Origin: an uncultured virus (IMG/VR IMGVR_UViG_3300024270_000055)
Taxonomy: Duplodnaviria; Heunggongvirae; Uroviricota; Caudoviricetes
Strand: one strand, 5' to 3'
DNA: 64,000 bases
Virus record (IMG/VR): IMGVR_UViG_3300024270_000055
The position numbers were made by a program, and so were the translations under genes. Every line of letters starts with the position of its first letter. Position 1 is the stretch's first letter. Positions 37,477 to 46,556 of the stretch are shown here, piece by piece. Below the pieces are notes generated by a model, which saw only the letters and a program-made list of their open reading frames with translations, was not told the DNA's origin and did no database searches.

Positions 37477-37794
37477 ATGGCTAAAGTTATCACTACAAAT
37501 TTTGACGAACAAATTACTATTGTTCCTTCTATGTACTTCGTTTGTGCTACTGATAAGTTTTTATCTGGTTGGGGTTGTGCTGAGGGTAGAACCGCAAAGC
37601 GTGTTATTATCTGCAATTCATATCGTGAGGCTCAACGTATGGCGGACGCTTTCAGAAATTACCGCAACAGTGGTATGAATTATATAAATATTTGTTCTAA
37701 ACTCCCTTATTACAACGAAAAGCGATACAAGGTTACTTATTCGACATTTTCGGATTTTAGTGATTGGCTGAAATGGACTTGCATTCCAGAATAA
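37477..37794 (+). CDS. Hypothetical early protein
   Basis: ATDKFLSGWGCAEG motif; A-rich leader. Confidence 0.7.
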   Translation: MAKVITTNFDEQITIVPSMYFVCATDKFLSGWGCAEGRTAKRVIICNSYREAQRMADAFRNYRNSGMNYINICSKLPYYNEKRYKVTYSTFSDFSDWLKWTCIPE

Positions 37795-37942
37795 CCCTAT
37801 TTAATCGGGCTAACCTGTTAGTTTGTTAGCCCTTCTTCTATCCTTTAAATTCCTTTATCATGATTGAAACTATAATACTATTTGCGTGTTTGTGGGCTTC
37901 TTATAAGGTGGTGAATAATTACGAGAGAAAGAAAGCTAGTAA

Positions 37943-38215
37943 ATAACCTATATCTTTAAAGCTGAATACCAAAAAGGCTATAACAACAGGATTTGCAGAG
38001 TTTACAGAATTAAAAGGAACAATCCGATTTATTTAGGTTCTCACTCGTTTTGTACTGCTTCATGTCGTTGTGATAGGTCCGAAGTGTTCAACGCTTTAAT
38101 AGAGTGGGGGTGTATTCCTAAAGGCTTGTATACTGCCTCCGTAACTTCGTGGTGTGGTGCGGGCTACTATTGTCCAAAGGTTGAGGAAAAAGGCTATAAA
38201 ATCATTGAACTATAA
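37943..38215 (+). pseudogene. 90-codon open frame lacking an upstream ATG
   Basis: ITYIFKAEYQKGYNNRICRVYRIKRNNPIYLG...KIIEL*, preceded in frame by TAA. Confidence 0.45.
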
Positions 38216-38430
38216 AAAATATTATAACTACATGAAAAAAGAATATCCGTATGATAAAAGGTGTCGCCTTTCACTGTTTTAAGGCGTTGTATTCCGTTTT
38301 CTTTAGCAAGAGAAAGGATTATACCATATTACAGGAAAAAGCCGAAATAAGCGCAAAAAGAAAGGCTTTTTATCGTTCCTTGTACCTGTCATCGTTAACC
38401 AATACTTTGAATCTTAAATATAATTGAGCT

Positions 38431-38616
38431 ATGAAACAAGAAAAGTACCGTTATTTCTCCGTGCTGTTGATTGATGGCACGGAGGTAGAAGTAAAGACCT
38501 ACAGCGCAATGACGGAAAGATATTGTGAGCTGCTTTCCTACCACCTTGTAAACAAGCAGCACGGGCTGAATTTAAGCCCTTCCGATGTTGTGAGTGTGAA
38601 ATGCATATCTAAGTGA
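38431..38616 (+). CDS. Hypothetical protein
   Basis: ORF with A-rich leader. Confidence 0.55.
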   Translation: MKQEKYRYFSVLLIDGTEVEVKTYSAMTERYCELLSYHLVNKQHGLNLSPSDVVSVKCISK

Positions 38617-38672
38617 TTTAAACGGCTTAAATCGCCTTATATTGAGTAATTGAACTATTAAATAATGATGTT

Positions 38673-38912
38673 ATGAAATCGAAATCCGCAAAAGATATAT
38701 ACAAACAGGGCATGAAATTAATGCAAGAAGCCGCAATCCGTGGTTGGAATGGTAAGGAATACACGGATGAATCTTCAAATAGGATTGATTATATATACGA
38801 AGTATCACAAAGATATGTCGCTAATATTGTCAAATATCTAACTGGTACGGATTGGCTTCCGAATGATAAATACGATGCCAAGGTAGAACGCTGCATTTAT
38901 GCAAAATTCTAA
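38673..38912 (+). CDS. Hypothetical protein
   Basis: ORF with A-rich leader. Confidence 0.6.
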   Translation: MKSKSAKDIYKQGMKLMQEAAIRGWNGKEYTDESSNRIDYIYEVSQRYVANIVKYLTGTDWLPNDKYDAKVERCIYAKF

Positions 38913-38993
38913 CAACTACAGGGGCTGCAAACCGCATTGTACCACGGTTGTAACGTGGCAGCCCACTAATATTAACCTATTAAATTAAATTGT

Positions 38994-39191
38994 ATGAAAC
39001 TTATTAAACTTGAAACTAAGAAAGGATTTCACTATGTAAATCCAAATTACATTGTATCAATAGAGGACAAAACGGATTTTTCCCGAATATGCACGAGAAT
39101 CGTCTTTGTACATGGTGATTATATTGATTTTGACATGAATATAGATAAAGTATTGAAAATTATAAGCAAAAGCCAAAGTACTATTCTTTAA
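38994..39191 (+). CDS. Small FlbD-like hypothetical protein
   Basis: IKL...YVNPNYIVSIE pattern. Confidence 0.5.
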   Translation: MKLIKLETKKGFHYVNPNYIVSIEDKTDFSRICTRIVFVHGDYIDFDMNIDKVLKIISKSQSTIL

Positions 39192-39262
39192 ATGCCGAAT
39201 AACATCAATTGAGATTTTTATATAACATGTATATTTTCTAACTTTACAAAAAAAATAAGATT

Positions 39263-39457
39263 ATGCCTAAAGGAAGACCGAAAGGTAGCAAAAATAAAGT
39301 AATCAAGGAGCGTGATATGAGAAATCGTACTATATTCCGTATAGATATGGATATAGATTCGTGGCTTCGTAGTAAAAAGAACATGGGAGCGTATATTAAC
39401 GGGCTTATCCGCAAGGATATGGAGGAACAAATGAAAATTAAAGAACAGGAGGACTGA
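39263..39457 (+). CDS. Ribbon-helix-helix DNA-binding protein with AT-hook
   Basis: KGRPKG, then FRID...WL...YINGLIRKDM. Confidence 0.65.
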   Translation: MPKGRPKGSKNKVIKERDMRNRTIFRIDMDIDSWLRSKKNMGAYINGLIRKDMEEQMKIKEQED

Positions 39458-39802
39458 TTATGGGTTTAGCGATTGGAGTTATCATACTATTATTGTTCAT
39501 TTCGTGGTGCAACACAAATGATTGTTGGGCTTTCGGACTTACTATGTTCTTCGTCTGCTTTGTGCTGATGTTCATCGGTGTATGGCAGCAACAGAGCGAG
39601 GAAAAGAAAAAGAAACGTGGATTTTAAGGGAAGGAGGCATTATGTTGTTCTTTTTGTTTGTCACGATATGTATATGTATCATATATCCTATATTGATACC
39701 TTGTTTCTTTATGCCGTTTGTCCTGTTCTGTATTATTGAGTACATCAAGGACAGACGGAGGCTGAACCGTTGCAAGAAAATGGGTGGAAGGAGGGCTAGA
39801 CG

Positions 39803-40651
39803 ATGAATGTACAGACTTTCAGAAATGCCTTTCTTGAAAAATATCCAGAAAGGGGTGCAGTGTTGGCTTATTATGAGAAGGCGACCAACAGGAAGCCGAC
39901 TTGGGCTGACTTTTCCGCTTATTCGCTGAACAAGTTCCGGAAGTACATGTTGGAAGAATCGGGATTGTGTCAAAAATCGGTAAGAAGGTATCTTACATGG
40001 TTTTCCATTGTCATGGGTATGTTTGAGGAAGAAGTTAAACTTCCGAAGAATTGGCGCAAGTTCCTGTATGTGTCTGATGACATATCACAGAACGTGTATT
40101 TGACGGAAGATGAAATCAACCTTATTATAGATTATGTACCCCAGAGCGACAACGAGCAGTTTGTTAAAACTTCATTTCTTCTTGGGGCTTTGACAGGTGC
40201 GAGACACAGCGATTACATGCGTTTTACGGAAAGGAACATACATGATGGATGGTTGAACTATGTATCACAGAAAACCCGCAAGGAGGCGAATATACCTACC
40301 TCTCCTTTGATTTTAAAGCTGATTAAACAGAAATCAAAGGTTGCAAGGGAATTGAGCGAGCCGACTATTAACGACATTATCAGAAGAATCTGCAAAAGTG
40401 TAGGAATCACGGATGAAGTGCAGTTATACCAGAAGGGGAAATATCAAGTCAAGCCAAAATATGAGTTCATAACGAGCCATTCAGCCCGACGAAGTTTTGC
40501 GACGGGACTGTATCTCCGTGGTGCTGACCTGTACCAGATTATGAAACTCATGGGACATAGCAGTACGACACAGACTGAAGGATATATCTGTTGTGGGTTG
40601 CGTACTTTATCGCCCGAGGTAATGGGATATTTTGAGAACTTTAAGCAATAA
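39803..40651 (+). CDS. Tyrosine recombinase without arm-binding domain
   Basis: TGARHSD, QKT, HSARRSFAT, MGHSS, catalytic Y. Confidence 0.92.
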   Translation: MNVQTFRNAFLEKYPERGAVLAYYEKATNRKPTWADFSAYSLNKFRKYMLEESGLCQKSVRRYLTWFSIVMGMFEEEVKLPKNWRKFLYVSDDISQNVYLTEDEINLIIDYVPQSDNEQFVKTSFLLGALTGARHSDYMRFTERNIHDGWLNYVSQKTRKEANIPTSPLILKLIKQKSKVARELSEPTINDIIRRICKSVGITDEVQLYQKGKYQVKPKYEFITSHSARRSFATGLYLRGADLYQIMKLMGHSSTTQTEGYICCGLRTLSPEVMGYFENFKQ

Positions 40652-40683
40652 GGTAGCCGAATAAGATACATAAATTAATAGCT

Positions 40684-40923
40684 ATGGATAGATTTTACTT
40701 TGATTCAGACGAAGATGGCGTACGAAGAGGTTATAAAACGCTTGGTATATGTATCGCTCAATGCAAAAACCATCTCCGTAGAGCTTACGAATATAGTTGT
40801 GGGAATAGCGTCACCGCTGATGTTTATCAATTTATTCAAGGAACGGATAAACTTGGAAAATCAAAATTGTTGGGAACAATCCGATTTGATGGTGATGAGT
40901 TTACAGAAGAGGCAGCCGAATAA
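40684..40923 (+). CDS. Hypothetical protein flanked by 15-bp direct repeats
   Basis: 79-aa ORF; AGG(T/C)AGCCGAATAAG at 40651 and 40910. Confidence 0.6.
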   Translation: MDRFYFDSDEDGVRRGYKTLGICIAQCKNHLRRAYEYSCGNSVTADVYQFIQGTDKLGKSKLLGTIRFDGDEFTEEAAE

Positions 40924-40932
40924 GCTGCCTTT
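40910..40932. terminator. Terminator between convergent genes
   Basis: AGGCAGC-CGAATAA-GCTGCCT-TT. Confidence 0.65.
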
Positions 40933-40934
40933 CC

Positions 40935-42077
40935 TTATATCTTGTCCCAAACCGATTGTACCTTTTCGTATGCCTGTTCCACCTCGTCATTAAGCAGTTT
41001 TGCGTAAATCTGCGTGGTCTTTATGTTCGCATGACCGAGCATCTTTGAAACGGTTTCCATTCGGATGCCGTTGTTGAGAGCCAAGCAAGCTGCGGTGTGC
41101 CGTGCGTAGTGTGTGGTAATCGGCTTCTTTATATTGGCAAATTGAGCTATGACCTTCAAATAATCGTTCATTCTCTGATTTGCGAACACGGGAAGTTTAT
41201 ATTCATACTTTTCCAATATCCCGATAGCCTGTCTGTTAAGCACGATGAAATATTCCTCATCCGTCTTTTGTCGGGTGTCTTGGAACACAAGCTTACCGTC
41301 TTTTTCAAAAACATCACGTTTGAAGTCGAATTTCTGTGCGTCCGCATAGGCAAGTGATGTATAGCACATGAACAGGAACACATCACGAACCTTGTCCAAT
41401 GTAGGATTGAGTTCCACCTCCTTCAATGCACGGAGTTCAAGTTCGGTCAGGTATTTGCGACCTTTCGCCTTTCCACGGTCATAATGTACTCCCACAAACG
41501 GATTTTTCTCGATGAGACCGAATTTCAAAGCCTCCGCAACATAGACCTTGAATCTTTTCATGTAGGCATATATTGTGGTCTGCGTGATTCCCTTCTGTCT
41601 TAACCAGTCCTCGTATTTGTTGATATTGACGATTGTAACATCATTGAAGGTCTGGATAAGTGCGAAATCAACGAGCGAGCCATGGAATACCCAATGTTGC
41701 TTCTGAGTGGATTCCCGATTCCCTCTCTTTTCGATTCTGTCGGCTACAAAATCTATGAATGAACCGATTTTATTGTCGGATGCCTCGAAAAGAGCCTTGA
41801 ACTTGTCGAAGAAGAAATCCCCCGAAGTCTTGTACAGCTCGTTTATGCACTCACGAACCTTGTTGAGTGTAATGTTGATTTGCTCATTAAGCTGGAGTGC
41901 GTCCTTTCTGTTCTTCACAAGTGTTTTGTCAGACCATTGGTCGGAGTATACTTTTACACCAGTAGAAATGAACCTTCTTGAATGTCTGTGGTAAATTTCC
42001 ACCTGAACCAACCCTGTTTTGGTTTTTGTTGCTCTCTTGTGCCTGTCAAAGACAATTTTTACGATTGGATATGCCAT
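40935..42077 (-). CDS. int: Phage integrase (Bacteroidota type, arm-binding N-domain)
   Basis: RRFISTGVKV arm domain, SAM-like core, YTSLAYAD, RQKT, HYARHT, MLGHANIKTTQIYAK; next to attP. Confidence 0.93.
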   Translation of the reverse strand: MAYPIVKIVFDRHKRATKTKTGLVQVEIYHRHSRRFISTGVKVYSDQWSDKTLVKNRKDALQLNEQINITLNKVRECINELYKTSGDFFFDKFKALFEASDNKIGSFIDFVADRIEKRGNRESTQKQHWVFHGSLVDFALIQTFNDVTIVNINKYEDWLRQKGITQTTIYAYMKRFKVYVAEALKFGLIEKNPFVGVHYDRGKAKGRKYLTELELRALKEVELNPTLDKVRDVFLFMCYTSLAYADAQKFDFKRDVFEKDGKLVFQDTRQKTDEEYFIVLNRQAIGILEKYEYKLPVFANQRMNDYLKVIAQFANIKKPITTHYARHTAACLALNNGIRMETVSKMLGHANIKTTQIYAKLLNDEVEQAYEKVQSVWDKI

Positions 42078-42252
42078 AATTTGTGGTTTTTGACCGATTT
42101 TCATTGTTGGAATCATCCGTTTTTTCACTCATTGATGTGCCTACAATGTGCTGTAACGCCATTTTTGGACGGAAGAACACACGTTCTGACCTCATCATGA
42201 CCGCATTTATTTGTATGTACTTTTACCTGATTCCCGATTTCTTGAAAAAAAT

Positions 42253-42590
42253 TGGGTACACAGGTGGGTGCATACATGGGTACAAAGTTTGTCATTTTCT
42301 TCATGGTTTTTGTCATTTTCTTCATGTTTAATAACATAATTTGTTCCTGTTTTGTTCGCCTTTAGAACCTATTAAAATGCGTAAATCTCTGATAATCAAT
42401 AAAAAAGGTCGACTACCGAAGTAACCGACCTTAGTGTTTAAGTGATTCCGAAGCGATTATCCGACTAATTGTAACTATACTGAAAATCAGTTGGTTAATG
42501 ATTTTGACTTATTCGCTTGGGTACACAATGTTACTCCGTTTTAATATGTTTTTATTTAGGGTACGCAAATCTAAGGAATCGGGTACACAC
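42253..42590. other. attP: tRNA 3'-end core (42442-42458), terminator and arm-type repeats
   Basis: Minus strand AATCGCTTCGGAATCAC, then a terminator at 42401-42432; GGGTACAC-like repeats at 42253, 42265, 42277, 42518, 42558, 42580. Confidence 0.8.
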
Positions 42591-42750
42591 CCTCCATTCC
42601 CTATGATTAGCTCCATTTTCGGCCTGATGCCGAGTGCCATGTCTACCATCATGGAGAACTGTTCTCTCTCCAATAATCTTTGTTTCATTTCCGTCGTCAA
42701 GTCCATATTCTTAGCTTTTCCATTAGAACTGACAACTGGACGAAATTGTT

Positions 42751-43290
42751 CTATTGACATTTAGTTCCCATACTCTCTAACTTTGATTTCGTTTCCATAA
42801 TTTCATCGTTCTTTTTATTGAGTTCATCCATAAGTCTCATTGCTTGCTTTTTGTAGAAGTCCGCTTCCTCCCTGAAGAAGTCCGTTTCTATTGACTTAGC
42901 CATATTGTCACGCATCCTTTCATTCTCTTTCCGCACGTTGCTCAACAGTGTCGCAATGCTTTCATTCTCCTTCTTTAGTTCGCCGATGTATATTTGAGAC
43001 TGCTTGATGATATTGTCTTGGTCTTTCAGTCTTATTTCAAGTTGCTTGCATTTGTCAACGATGCTTGCGTCGAGGAACTTCGGTCCATTCCCTGTCAATA
43101 TATAGTTTGCATTGACTTGAGGGTATGCTTCAAGGAACGGAATCAGCCATTTGTTGGAAATGTCCGTGGTAAGCCCTTGTCTTAATCTGTCGAGCATACT
43201 CTTTGTTACGCCCTCAATGTCTGTATAGATGCGGTAGTCAGTTAGACCTAAAGCATCTCTTACTTCGAAAAATCTGTCTCTAGCATCCAT
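42751..43290 (-). CDS. CI-like HTH repressor with coiled-coil C-terminus
   Basis: N-terminal HTH ending YPQVNANYILTGNG; divergent from the lytic genes; no S24 peptidase visible. Confidence 0.8.
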   Translation of the reverse strand: MDARDRFFEVRDALGLTDYRIYTDIEGVTKSMLDRLRQGLTTDISNKWLIPFLEAYPQVNANYILTGNGPKFLDASIVDKCKQLEIRLKDQDNIIKQSQIYIGELKKENESIATLLSNVRKENERMRDNMAKSIETDFFREEADFYKKQAMRLMDELNKKNDEIMETKSKLESMGTKCQ

Positions 43291-43304
43291 AATTTATGTT
43301 TTTA

Positions 43305-43360
43305 ATATTAAAATAAATACTAATTCCTTTGGTAGTACTAAAATAAATACTACCTTTGCA
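43305..43360. promoter_or_regulatory. Rightward promoter with repeated operator-like sites
   Basis: TTTG...TACCTTTG with TAAAATAAATACTA-like repeats. Confidence 0.6.
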
Positions 43361-43472
43361 TTCGTTGTTTGACACAGACAAACTCATTTACGAATTTAAG
43401 CCATTGGCTAAATATATATAATCCTGTAATACATCATGTCTGTGTCCTCGTATTGCAGGACTTTTATTTTAT

Positions 43473-44252
43473 ATGAAGCAGAGATTATATTTAAGTACCA
43501 TAGTAGCTAACGAAGCAGTTCAATCGAAAGACAGAATTGAAGCGTTGGCTTTTTCTATGCTCATAAAACTAACCTTTGTTTCATCAAATGTACAATCGGC
43601 TACAGTTGCAAGATGCAAGTCTATTTTTGGTATGGGTTCTACAAAGATGAGCCGTATTATACGAAACTCATTGAAGTTCGGATATACCAAGAAGGTTGGT
43701 AAGGACTTGATTTCTCTTCCTTTTAAGGGGAATAAGAACTACTGCCTAAAATTGGATTTTAAATTCTTGACTGCTAGATTCACTGGTGAGAATGTCTGCA
43801 AATATTCAATCAGAGACCTTGTTCGGATAATAAAGCAAAGTGTCCTGCTTAATCATATCCGTAAGAGCAACGATTGCGCTGATACCTATAATAATTCAAG
43901 CAATCCCAAGAACCACGCTGTTCTTGCTAAAGCAAAAAGAAAACTCAAGCGTATGCAGTGCGACAAGCCTTATGGAGAATGTCTAAGCATCAAACGCATT
44001 ATGGCTTTAACCAATACAAAGAGAACCAACGCTAGAAAGCTGATTGGAAGCCTCGTCGTCAAAGGTATGGTTGAAAAGGTTGAACATTCTGTGAAAACGA
44101 ACATTAACCCTCTTGACTTTGTTAAGTCTGCAAACGAATGGTTTAAACAAACAGGTCAAAATGGTTATCTCTATCGTAAGGGTAAGGCTGTGTATTGTAG
44201 ATTGTCGAATGTCTACAAATACAACTCTGATGTAATCACTTACATCAAGTAA
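43473..44252 (+). CDS. Basic putative DNA-binding/replication-initiator-like protein
   Basis: 259 aa, very basic, two wHTH-like segments; function inferred only. Confidence 0.45.
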   Translation: MKQRLYLSTIVANEAVQSKDRIEALAFSMLIKLTFVSSNVQSATVARCKSIFGMGSTKMSRIIRNSLKFGYTKKVGKDLISLPFKGNKNYCLKLDFKFLTARFTGENVCKYSIRDLVRIIKQSVLLNHIRKSNDCADTYNNSSNPKNHAVLAKAKRKLKRMQCDKPYGECLSIKRIMALTNTKRTNARKLIGSLVVKGMVEKVEHSVKTNINPLDFVKSANEWFKQTGQNGYLYRKGKAVYCRLSNVYKYNSDVITYIK

Positions 44253-44317
44253 TTTTATGCCTTGTTCCTATTTTTGACACCTAAAATAATTCAAGCAATC
44301 CTAGAAAGTTAGAGCTT

Positions 44318-44794
44318 ATGACAAGAGAAGAATTTATAACCCTAGTACGGAAGAATGATAGACTATATGGAAACTATACTTCTACGCTACCATACATGAA
44401 ACGTAGGGAGAAAAGATTAGCTAATGCGAATGAGAAGATTATCCGTGTAGCTGAATATCTTCACTCAAAGGGAATCAGGTTCATGACGATGGAGGCTATA
44501 TTAAGACCTTCTGCAAAGAATCCGATGTTTGCTGATATATACATCCCAAAGTATCGTATTTTTGTCCGCAACGTGGATGATTCCGATACCTCCCGTAAAA
44601 GCGCACAGATATTTTATCACCTAACTCAAGGTGTTTACTATCAAATCTTTTCAAGGCACGACGAGGATGTTGATTTCGTGTTGATGAAAGTCGAAAATAC
44701 CATCGAAAAAGCAGTACAGAAACCTCTTGTATGTAAATTCTCGCCAGAGCCAACCAAGAAAAAGAAGGAACGCATCAAAGCCGTAAGGGCTTAA
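44318..44794 (+). CDS. Vsr/PD-(D/E)xK-fold-like protein
   Basis: YLHSKGIRF...FADIYIPKYRIFV pattern. Confidence 0.45.
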   Translation: MTREEFITLVRKNDRLYGNYTSTLPYMKRREKRLANANEKIIRVAEYLHSKGIRFMTMEAILRPSAKNPMFADIYIPKYRIFVRNVDDSDTSRKSAQIFYHLTQGVYYQIFSRHDEDVDFVLMKVENTIEKAVQKPLVCKFSPEPTKKKKERIKAVRA

Positions 44795-45000
44795 ACGGGG
44801 CGACCACTGAGAGTCGCCCATGGGTTTCAACTTTTTTGTATCTCGATTTTGAGTGTAAACAATCCGAGGACATTAAGAGAAACCTTGATAATAGATTTAT
44901 TCATGTTTTTGAAATTTGTGTTTGAAATGAAATTTGTAGTCTCACAAAAACACAACAAAACGACTTTATGGAAAAAGAAAATCTATTATCCTATTTGATT

Positions 45001-45033
45001 AGGCGGTGTTGCCTACCGCCTTTTCTTTCTTTT
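45001..45033. terminator. Intrinsic terminator
   Basis: AGGCGGT-N-ACCGCCT followed by a T-tract. Confidence 0.7.
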
Positions 45034-45150
45034 AACCGATTGTACCAATAAATCAAAGAACGATGACTAAAGAAGAATTGGAACTCATAAAGAGAAGATG
45101 TAGGATTATAAATACGGCAGGGTGTATATCCATAATCCTAAGTGTTATTT

Positions 45151-45540
45151 CTATTTGTATATCAGTGTATAAATTGATATGCACATAGAAATGATTGAAA
45201 TGGCAAGAGAAGCTAATGCTACCCAGTAAGATTTAGTCGTTGACCTGTTTGCTCCAACGGCTATTTCTTTTTCCTCTTCATCTTTCTTTAATTTTTCCAA
45301 TATCTGTTCATATTTAACCAAGAGGAAGTCGAAATCGTTATTTATGACGACATCAACGCCTCCAAAGTCTGTTGACAGACATCTATATTCATCTAATTCG
45401 TTTTTTACGAAATTCCATAAAGCACCCGTCAATTCACGACCTTTCTTGTCGTCTAATGACTTATTGATGGATAGATACCTTAAAGATTTGAGTATAGATT
45501 CCACCTCTAAGATGCTATATGTCTTTTCTTCTTTGTTCAT
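45151..45540 (-). CDS. AT-rich moron with a C-terminal transmembrane helix
   Basis: Opposite orientation to neighbours; YWVALASLAISIISMCISIYTLI. Confidence 0.7.
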   Translation of the reverse strand: MNKEEKTYSILEVESILKSLRYLSINKSLDDKKGRELTGALWNFVKNELDEYRCLSTDFGGVDVVINNDFDFLLVKYEQILEKLKKDEEEKEIAVGANRSTTKSYWVALASLAISIISMCISIYTLIYK

Positions 45541-45611
45541 ATATATTATAAAGTTTTGAATAACTTTTTAATAACTAACCACTTATGCAAAAAGCATGTT
45601 GTACAACATAT

Positions 45612-45673
45612 AAAATACTACTAAAAATAGTAGCAATAAGTTTGTTAGTACTGAAAAAAGTAGTACTTTTGCA
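45612..45673 (+). promoter_or_regulatory. Early lytic promoter with palindromic operator-like sites
   Basis: TTTG...TACTTTTG; CTACTAAAAATAGTAG and AGTACTGAAAAAAGTAGTACT. Confidence 0.65.
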
Positions 45674-45800
45674 AAGTGAAAGAAACAAACATGGTTTTCA
45701 CGTTTGCCCAAACAATCCACTTGAAACCTTTGTTATTTAAGGTGTGGATGGCAAATTTAGGAAAAAGGTTTGAATCTTCCAAGAAAGAAAGAAAGAAAAT

Positions 45801-46055
45801 ATGAAAGTATCAACCGAATTTCTAAGAGGTCTCGCAGTCGGAACGGACGTTCTGTTGGAAAATATTGAAAACGTGATGTCGGTTCAATCCCTCTGCGTAA
45901 GACTGAAGAGGATGGAAGGAAAGGTCAGCTTTGAGGTGAAGACCTATCCTCTTGAAAGAAAAGTACGAATCAAAGTTTTGCCCTATGACAGACAAGGATT
46001 CAAGGATGTTCCTCAGAATGCTGAAGGAAATCAAGTTGGAACTTTCGGAACTTAG
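45801..46055 (+). CDS. Small early protein (Cro-position)
   Basis: First ORF after the promoter at 45.66 kb. Confidence 0.5.
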   Translation: MKVSTEFLRGLAVGTDVLLENIENVMSVQSLCVRLKRMEGKVSFEVKTYPLERKVRIKVLPYDRQGFKDVPQNAEGNQVGTFGT

Positions 46056-46257
46056 GAACAGGCTGGACAACCACCCGAAACTGAGTGATGACCCCGAAAA
46101 GTTCCTCACGAAGAAGCAAGCGAGTGAATACCTCCAGATGACGGAGAGACAAATCAACTACATGCTTGCGATGAACAAACTCCCGTTCGCTACGAAAGTA
46201 GAAGGAAGGTGGAGATTCCCTCAATCAGAATTGGAGCGATTCGTTGCTCGAATGTGA
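45985..46257 (+). CDS. Excisionase-like HTH protein
   Basis: FLTKKQASEYLQMTERQI...GRWRFPQSEL. Confidence 0.8.
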   Translation: MTDKDSRMFLRMLKEIKLELSELRNRLDNHPKLSDDPEKFLTKKQASEYLQMTERQINYMLAMNKLPFATKVEGRWRFPQSELERFVARM

Positions 46258-46556
46258 TTTGGAATAACAGGCTGATTAAGCTAACTACGCTCTTTAACTT
46301 ATTGTCACAAAGTAAAGCTGCTATAATGTAGCACCCGAATTAGCAGGAATGCGGTCATAGGAGGGTAGGGCTACAGCAGACGATGGTTTGATACATCGGA
46401 GTAGTGCCGTGGTTAGCGATAAAGGCGAGGCACAAAAATTATCCTATAACAGTCGGACGTAGAGGTGTCCGAGGAGTAATAATATATAAGGAATCCCCTC
46501 CCGTAAAATTCGGGTACGCAGAAACGCCAAACACGCACTGTTGCGTTGAGGGGAGC

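Noticed and set aside
40935..42077. Integrase inactive because the first catalytic Arg is replaced (TSLAYAD)
   Set aside because: This substitution is common in Bacteroidota integrases; the other catalytic residues and attP are intact
42083..42764. Short ORFs across the attP region
   Set aside because: They overlap arm repeats, core or terminator and show no recognisable motifs; 42509..42760 may be real but is unsupported
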